Shown here piece by piece: positions 6,529-7,237 of a stretch of 7,237 bases of DNA. Each line of letters opens with the position of its first letter. Position 1 is the first letter of the stretch. Position numbers and translations under genes: made by a program. The notes under the pieces were generated by a model. That model searched no databases and had not been told where the DNA came from. It saw only the letters and a list, made by a program, of their open reading frames with translations. Origin of the DNA: Promethearchaeota archaeon (GTDB lineage: Archaea > Asgardarchaeota > Thorarchaeia > Thorarchaeales > Thorarchaeaceae); contig JALVPN010000013.1 in the NCBI GenBank assembly GCA_027031765.1, positions 348-7,584 on the forward strand. Reading direction: 5' to 3'.

Positions 6529-7237
6529 TTGTCCAGTCGGCGGTCAATCTATGGGGTCTGGGTGATTGATAGGCGGACGGGCCGGAACCTTGTGGCGCGG
6601 GCGTATACGGACGTCGACATCGACATGGACCTGATTGCGCCGTTCCTGTCAGCAACACACACTTTCATCGACCACGCCTCCAACGAGCACCTCCGTACAA
6701 TTGAGACCGAGCACAGCCGCTATGTGTGGGTGGCAAACGAACACCTCCTGCTGGTGGCGGTGGTGTCGACGAGCGCACGCGTCGGGCACATGCGCTTCAT
6801 GCTGAAATATGCGCTGGAGTCCTTCATGGAGTCCGAGGTGCGTGCCAAGAACAAGTCCATTGACACAGTCTTGGGCGAGTGGACGGGGGGGCCCGCCAAG
6901 TTCCGCAAGTTCGGTCGGTTCCTCGACGAGCTCGTGGCCCAGTACGAGGTGGCCGACGAGAGCCTGCTTGCTGGAAAAGCAATGGACTGCCTTGAGGTCT
7001 ACAGCCATCTCATCAGGGCCCTCATCAGGTCGCCAGCCACCGAGCCCGCCCGTCAGGACATCCTCCGGCGTGTCCGTCAGGACACCCGCCCACTGGTCGA
7101 GCAGCATGACATCCTCTCTGAGATGGTGATTGACCAGTACGGGATTGACATCCTCCCGATTGGGTCCAGAATCCTTGAGTTGCAGGACAGCAGGAAGTAC
7201 AAGACCTTCCGGGTCGCTTTGGAAGAGCTGTTCCGAA
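6529..7237 (+). CDS. Longin-like-domain protein (3'-truncated; absent from the ORF track)
   Basis: The frame is open from 6511 to the window end. It reads MSSRRSIYGVWVIDRRTGRNLVARAYTDVDIDMDLIAPFLSATHTFIDHASNEHLRTIETEHSRYVWVANEHLLLVAVVSTSARVGHMRFMLKYALESFMESE... This fits the longin order beta-beta-alpha(DLIAPFLSA)-beta-beta-beta-alpha, followed by a helical region. The start is TTG 6529 or GTG 6517. Confidence 0.75.
   Translation, partial: MSSRRSIYGVWVIDRRTGRNLVARAYTDVDIDMDLIAPFLSATHTFIDHASNEHLRTIETEHSRYVWVANEHLLLVAVVSTSARVGHMRFMLKYALESFMESEVRAKNKSIDTVLGEWTGGPAKFRKFGRFLDELVAQYEVADESLLAGKAMDCLEVYSHLIRALIRSPATEPARQDILRRVRQDTRPLVEQHDILSEMVIDQYGIDILPIGSRILELQDSRKYKTFRVALEELFR

Noticed and set aside
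1-7237. CRISPR array, tRNA/rRNA, IS/transposase or intein
   Set aside because: I found no regularly spaced repeats, cloverleaf or rRNA signatures, terminal inverted repeats with a transposase, or intein splice-junction motifs.

Overview
GC-rich archaeal window, probably Asgard (Thorarchaeia-like). The lineage is inferred from the archaeal TFB, the Thermococcales-type ArgRS, a beta-propeller surface protein and a longin-like gene. Gene order: 3' end of a PmbA/TldE-family gene (+), convergent argS (-), a ~490-nt divergent intergenic region with palindromes and a BRE/TATA-like core, tfb (+), a degenerate repeat, a signal-peptide/beta-propeller/C-terminal-TM surface protein (+), and a 3'-truncated longin-like gene (+) that the ORF track missed. 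Main finding: tfb carries a 31-nt frameshifting insertion (3750..3780) right after the BRE-binding helix (RNRYKE). It folds with the flanking exons into a bulge-helix-bulge/loop-like junction. Cutting at the standard EndA positions restores the canonical TFB end RNRYKE-MVEKLGISTT*. This is a candidate tRNA-type intron in the mRNA of a general transcription factor. All calls are by eye; no searches or folding programs were run.
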